Below are positions 42,971 through 45,547 of a stretch of 45,547 nucleotides of DNA, piece by piece. The notes beneath the pieces were generated by a model. That model had not been told where the DNA came from. It searched no databases and saw only the letters and a list, made by a program, of their open reading frames with translations. Origin of the DNA: a virus (Duplodnaviria; Caudoviricetes). Position 1 is the stretch's first letter. Each line of letters opens with the position of its first letter. The stretch spans positions 1 to 45,547 of IMG/VR virus record IMGVR_UViG_3300044849_000010, one strand, 5' to 3'. The position numbers and the translations under genes were made by a program.

Positions 42971-44118
42971 CGCAGTTCGTTACCGTCGAGGGCCGGACCC
43001 TCGCCAAGGCGTTGAAGATCGCCGTCGCGATCGTCGAGAGGCGCAATACCATCCCCATCCTGTCAAACGTCCGGCTCACTCGCCGGCTCGCGCGCCTGGA
43101 GATTGCATCCACGGACCTGGACATCATGCACGTCGGCGCGATCGACATGATCGACGCGGAAGGTGATTTCGACATCACCGTTGCAGCTCACCTCCTGGAG
43201 AAGATCGCCCGACTCGCCGGCCCGGCACCGATCCGGATCGAGATCGTCGAGGAGAAGCACACGCGATCTCTCTACAAGGGTAAAATTGTCGAGCAGCAGG
43301 AATACACACTCACAAAGGCCCGCCTCCTGGTCGCGGACGGCGACGCCGCCTACACGCTGGACACCTGCCCGCCTTCCGACTTCCCGGAGTTGACCGTCAA
43401 CGAGACCAGGACCGTCGCGTCATTCACCAACGGCCGCGCCGCCGAGCTGATTTCGATCGTCGCGCCGTTCATCTCGACCGAGGAGACCCGCTATTACCTC
43501 AATGGCATCCACATGACTGCGAACCACATGGAGGCCACGGACGGGCATCGGCTTTGCCGTGTCGAGTTTGACAAGGAGCAGACGACTGCGCTGGACGTCA
43601 TCATCCCGCGCAAGGTTTGCGCCTTGCTACTGAAATTCGCCGGGCCGGATCTTGTGCTTGAGGTTTCCGAGACGCAGACGCGCATGGTTGCCAAGACGGC
43701 GGCCGGCCGCTTCACGTTCAAACTGATCGACGGAACCTACCCGGACACCGTCCGCGTCATCCCCAGGCGCGAGGACGTCAAGTTCACATTTGACATCGGA
43801 GCCGCCAACATGCGAACGGCCGTCGAGCGGGTGATGACGGTCAAGACCGATCACAGCAAAGCCGTCCGCATCCACGAGCAGAGTGGAGAGATTGCTGTCA
43901 CCGCCAGCAATCCGGAGATGGGAGACGCTACCGCCAGGGCATTCGACGCATGGCCGGAGGACGCCATACCGTTCGGCCTCAACGGCAAGTATCTTCTCGA
44001 CATCCTCCCCAAGACCGGCCGCGTCAAGATCCACGGCAGCGAGGCCGGAGCGCCGTTCCTCGTCGACGTCGAGGGCCAGGAGGATACTACCCGCGTCATC
44101 ATGCCTATGCGTGTCTAG
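42967..44118 (+). CDS. dnaN: DNA polymerase III beta sliding clamp homologue
   Basis: ERRNTIPILSNV, STDLD, ISTEETRYYLNGI, ATDGHRL, IIPRK, KLIDGTYPD..RVIP, GLNGKYLLDIL, VIMPMRV. Confidence 0.93.
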   Translation: MTQFVTVEGRTLAKALKIAVAIVERRNTIPILSNVRLTRRLARLEIASTDLDIMHVGAIDMIDAEGDFDITVAAHLLEKIARLAGPAPIRIEIVEEKHTRSLYKGKIVEQQEYTLTKARLLVADGDAAYTLDTCPPSDFPELTVNETRTVASFTNGRAAELISIVAPFISTEETRYYLNGIHMTANHMEATDGHRLCRVEFDKEQTTALDVIIPRKVCALLLKFAGPDLVLEVSETQTRMVAKTAAGRFTFKLIDGTYPDTVRVIPRREDVKFTFDIGAANMRTAVERVMTVKTDHSKAVRIHEQSGEIAVTASNPEMGDATARAFDAWPEDAIPFGLNGKYLLDILPKTGRVKIHGSEAGAPFLVDVEGQEDTTRVIMPMRV

Positions 44119-44120
44119 CC

Positions 44121-44324
44121 ATGACCAACGCCGGCAGGACCAACGGGCCACCCGTCATCCTCCCGAGTGTCGCGGACGAGATGCGGATGTATGATCGCTG
44201 CCCGCCCGAGATCCGCGCGGCATTGCGTGAGGCACCTATAGAATACTCAGCGGCCCAGGCGCTTTTTCTGATCGAGCGCCAGGGCTGGACGATGGATCGA
44301 GTAATTGAGGCGCTCAAGAAATGA
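44121..44324 (+). CDS. Hypothetical protein (67 aa)
   Basis: MRMYDRCPPEIRAALREAP; tight packing with neighbours. Confidence 0.65.
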   Translation: MTNAGRTNGPPVILPSVADEMRMYDRCPPEIRAALREAPIEYSAAQALFLIERQGWTMDRVIEALKK

Positions 44325-45217
44325 CAGACGGAACGACGTTCGACCACCTCGCCTACACGTTCAAGGCCATGGGCGTCGAGCAGTGCAGCCTTGAACATCT
44401 CGCCGAGAGGGCCAAGGTCAACCTATTCGACGTGACGCCGATCACGCTCCGCAATGCCATGCTGTTTCGCGGGATCGAGATAGAGAACGGGATAGCCTCG
44501 CTCTACGAGGGCCACGACTTCAAGGACACCGTGACGCTAGGCTATAAGAAATTCTGCCAGCGCGCGGCCGAGATCGTCGAGGTAGCGGATGAGCCAGTCC
44601 CGGCCGTCGACCTGATCGCCCTCGTCGGCTTCGCAGAGGCGGCAATTCCCTTGTCGACCATGTCGCGGCATCTCAAGAAGGTCGGGATCTGGTTTATCCC
44701 CGGCCTTGGCTATTGGCACAAGCGCCAGTTCGTCGACCAGGACGGCAACATCTATGGCCGCAAGACGGACAACGCACAGGCCGCCGCCCTCGTCGAGGCC
44801 TTCAAGGAATACGGATGGCCTATGACCGCGATCGACCTGGAGGCAGCGACTTACGGAGTAGTGACTAGACGCTATGTCACTCACGCCGTTCGTCGACCAT
44901 GGCCGGATATCGTTTCAGTCGGATACGGCCTTTACGTTCCGGCCGGAGCGGCGCGGCGCGTGGGCTTTCCAGTATCGACCAACGTCGCGCGCGCGATCCT
45001 GGACCTGGAGCCGAGCGAGGTTCTCGACAGCAAAGACAACACCCGCATGTATCGGCTATGTGACTTGCTCCGCCGTTTCCGCTATGGAGTGGTCAGGCGA
45101 TCGAACACAGTCCGCGACGGGAAGCAAAGACGGATCGCCTACTTCAAGCTCAATGATACCGGACGGCGAGCGCTCAATGCTGTCGTTCGCAACAAGAAGC
45201 CGGATGATGAATTCTGA
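44321..45217 (+). CDS. Hypothetical protein, possibly tandem winged-helix DNA-binding
   Basis: 298-aa ORF with normal codon bias; GWPMTAIDL..GYGLY and FKLNDTGRRAL resemble wHTH wings. Confidence 0.7.
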   Translation: MTDGTTFDHLAYTFKAMGVEQCSLEHLAERAKVNLFDVTPITLRNAMLFRGIEIENGIASLYEGHDFKDTVTLGYKKFCQRAAEIVEVADEPVPAVDLIALVGFAEAAIPLSTMSRHLKKVGIWFIPGLGYWHKRQFVDQDGNIYGRKTDNAQAAALVEAFKEYGWPMTAIDLEAATYGVVTRRYVTHAVRRPWPDIVSVGYGLYVPAGAARRVGFPVSTNVARAILDLEPSEVLDSKDNTRMYRLCDLLRRFRYGVVRRSNTVRDGKQRRIAYFKLNDTGRRALNAVVRNKKPDDEF

Positions 45218-45431
45218 CAGCACGCCTACAGAGCCGAGGAAGGACGCGAGGTACGGCCGGATAAGGTCGACGGATACCAACGTCTTTTTGCACCCCTGCC
45301 GCGTCTGCGGGGTTGCGAACGCCGGACATGGCGTTAATGTGTCACTTCGTAAAGGGCAGCTTGGTGATTGGTATTGCGCCGAACACCTCCCGGCCGAACA
45401 CCGCACTACCACAAAGCGGATACCGGAATGA
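45204..45431 (+). CDS. Small Zn-binding hypothetical protein
   Basis: HPCRVCG...WYCAEH; ATGA overlap with the primase start. Confidence 0.6.
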   Translation: MMNSDSTPTEPRKDARYGRIRSTDTNVFLHPCRVCGVANAGHGVNVSLRKGQLGDWYCAEHLPAEHRTTTKRIPE

Positions 45432-45547
45432 AATTCGACTTCGATCAAATCAGACGGGATAACCCGTTGCCCCAGGTAGCCGCCGCCAGTGGCTTGGCGC
45501 TCGCGCCGAACGGCAACGAGTTTGAGGCTTGCTGCCCTTTCCATGCG
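45428..45547 (+). CDS. N-terminus of the primase (CHC2 Zn finger), runs off the window end
   Basis: MKFDFDQIRRDNPLPQVAAASGLALAPNGNEFEACCPFHA, the first half of a DnaG-type CPFH..CxxC finger. Confidence 0.85.
   Translation, partial: MKFDFDQIRRDNPLPQVAAASGLALAPNGNEFEACCPFHA

Noticed and set aside
1-45547. CRISPR array, IS element, intron/intein, stop-codon recoding
   Set aside because: No spaced repeats, transposase or interrupted core genes seen; genes are full length under the standard code.

Overview
The window is an almost complete, circularly permuted genome of a GC-rich dsDNA podovirus of the BPP-1/Bcep-like type. It has a T7-like tail, and no RNA polymerase, DNA polymerase or integrase was recognised. 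The host is probably an alphaproteobacterium (inferred from GC content and a BTLCP gene). The window opens inside the primase gene and closes with that gene's N-terminal zinc finger. Layout: primase-helicase (+); VRR-NUC, SF2 helicase and Cro-like HTH (-); a divergent + operon with RecE/RecT-like recombination genes, an Acb2-like anti-CBASS protein, a TopoVI-A/Spo11-like protein and small ORFs; a 28 kb minus-strand late operon (terminases, portal, scaffold, capsid, tail tubes, ejection proteins, tailspike, lysis); two AT-rich control regions around an RHH gene; and an early + operon with a secreted C93 peptidase and a beta sliding clamp. Most notable: (1) two highly structured non-coding elements bracketing the Acb2-like gene, (2) a probable overprinted gene in the primase linker, (3) a stand-alone Spo11-like protein in the RecET operon, (4) a 2542-aa ejection protein carrying an inserted module. 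All family assignments come from motif recognition by eye; no searches were run.
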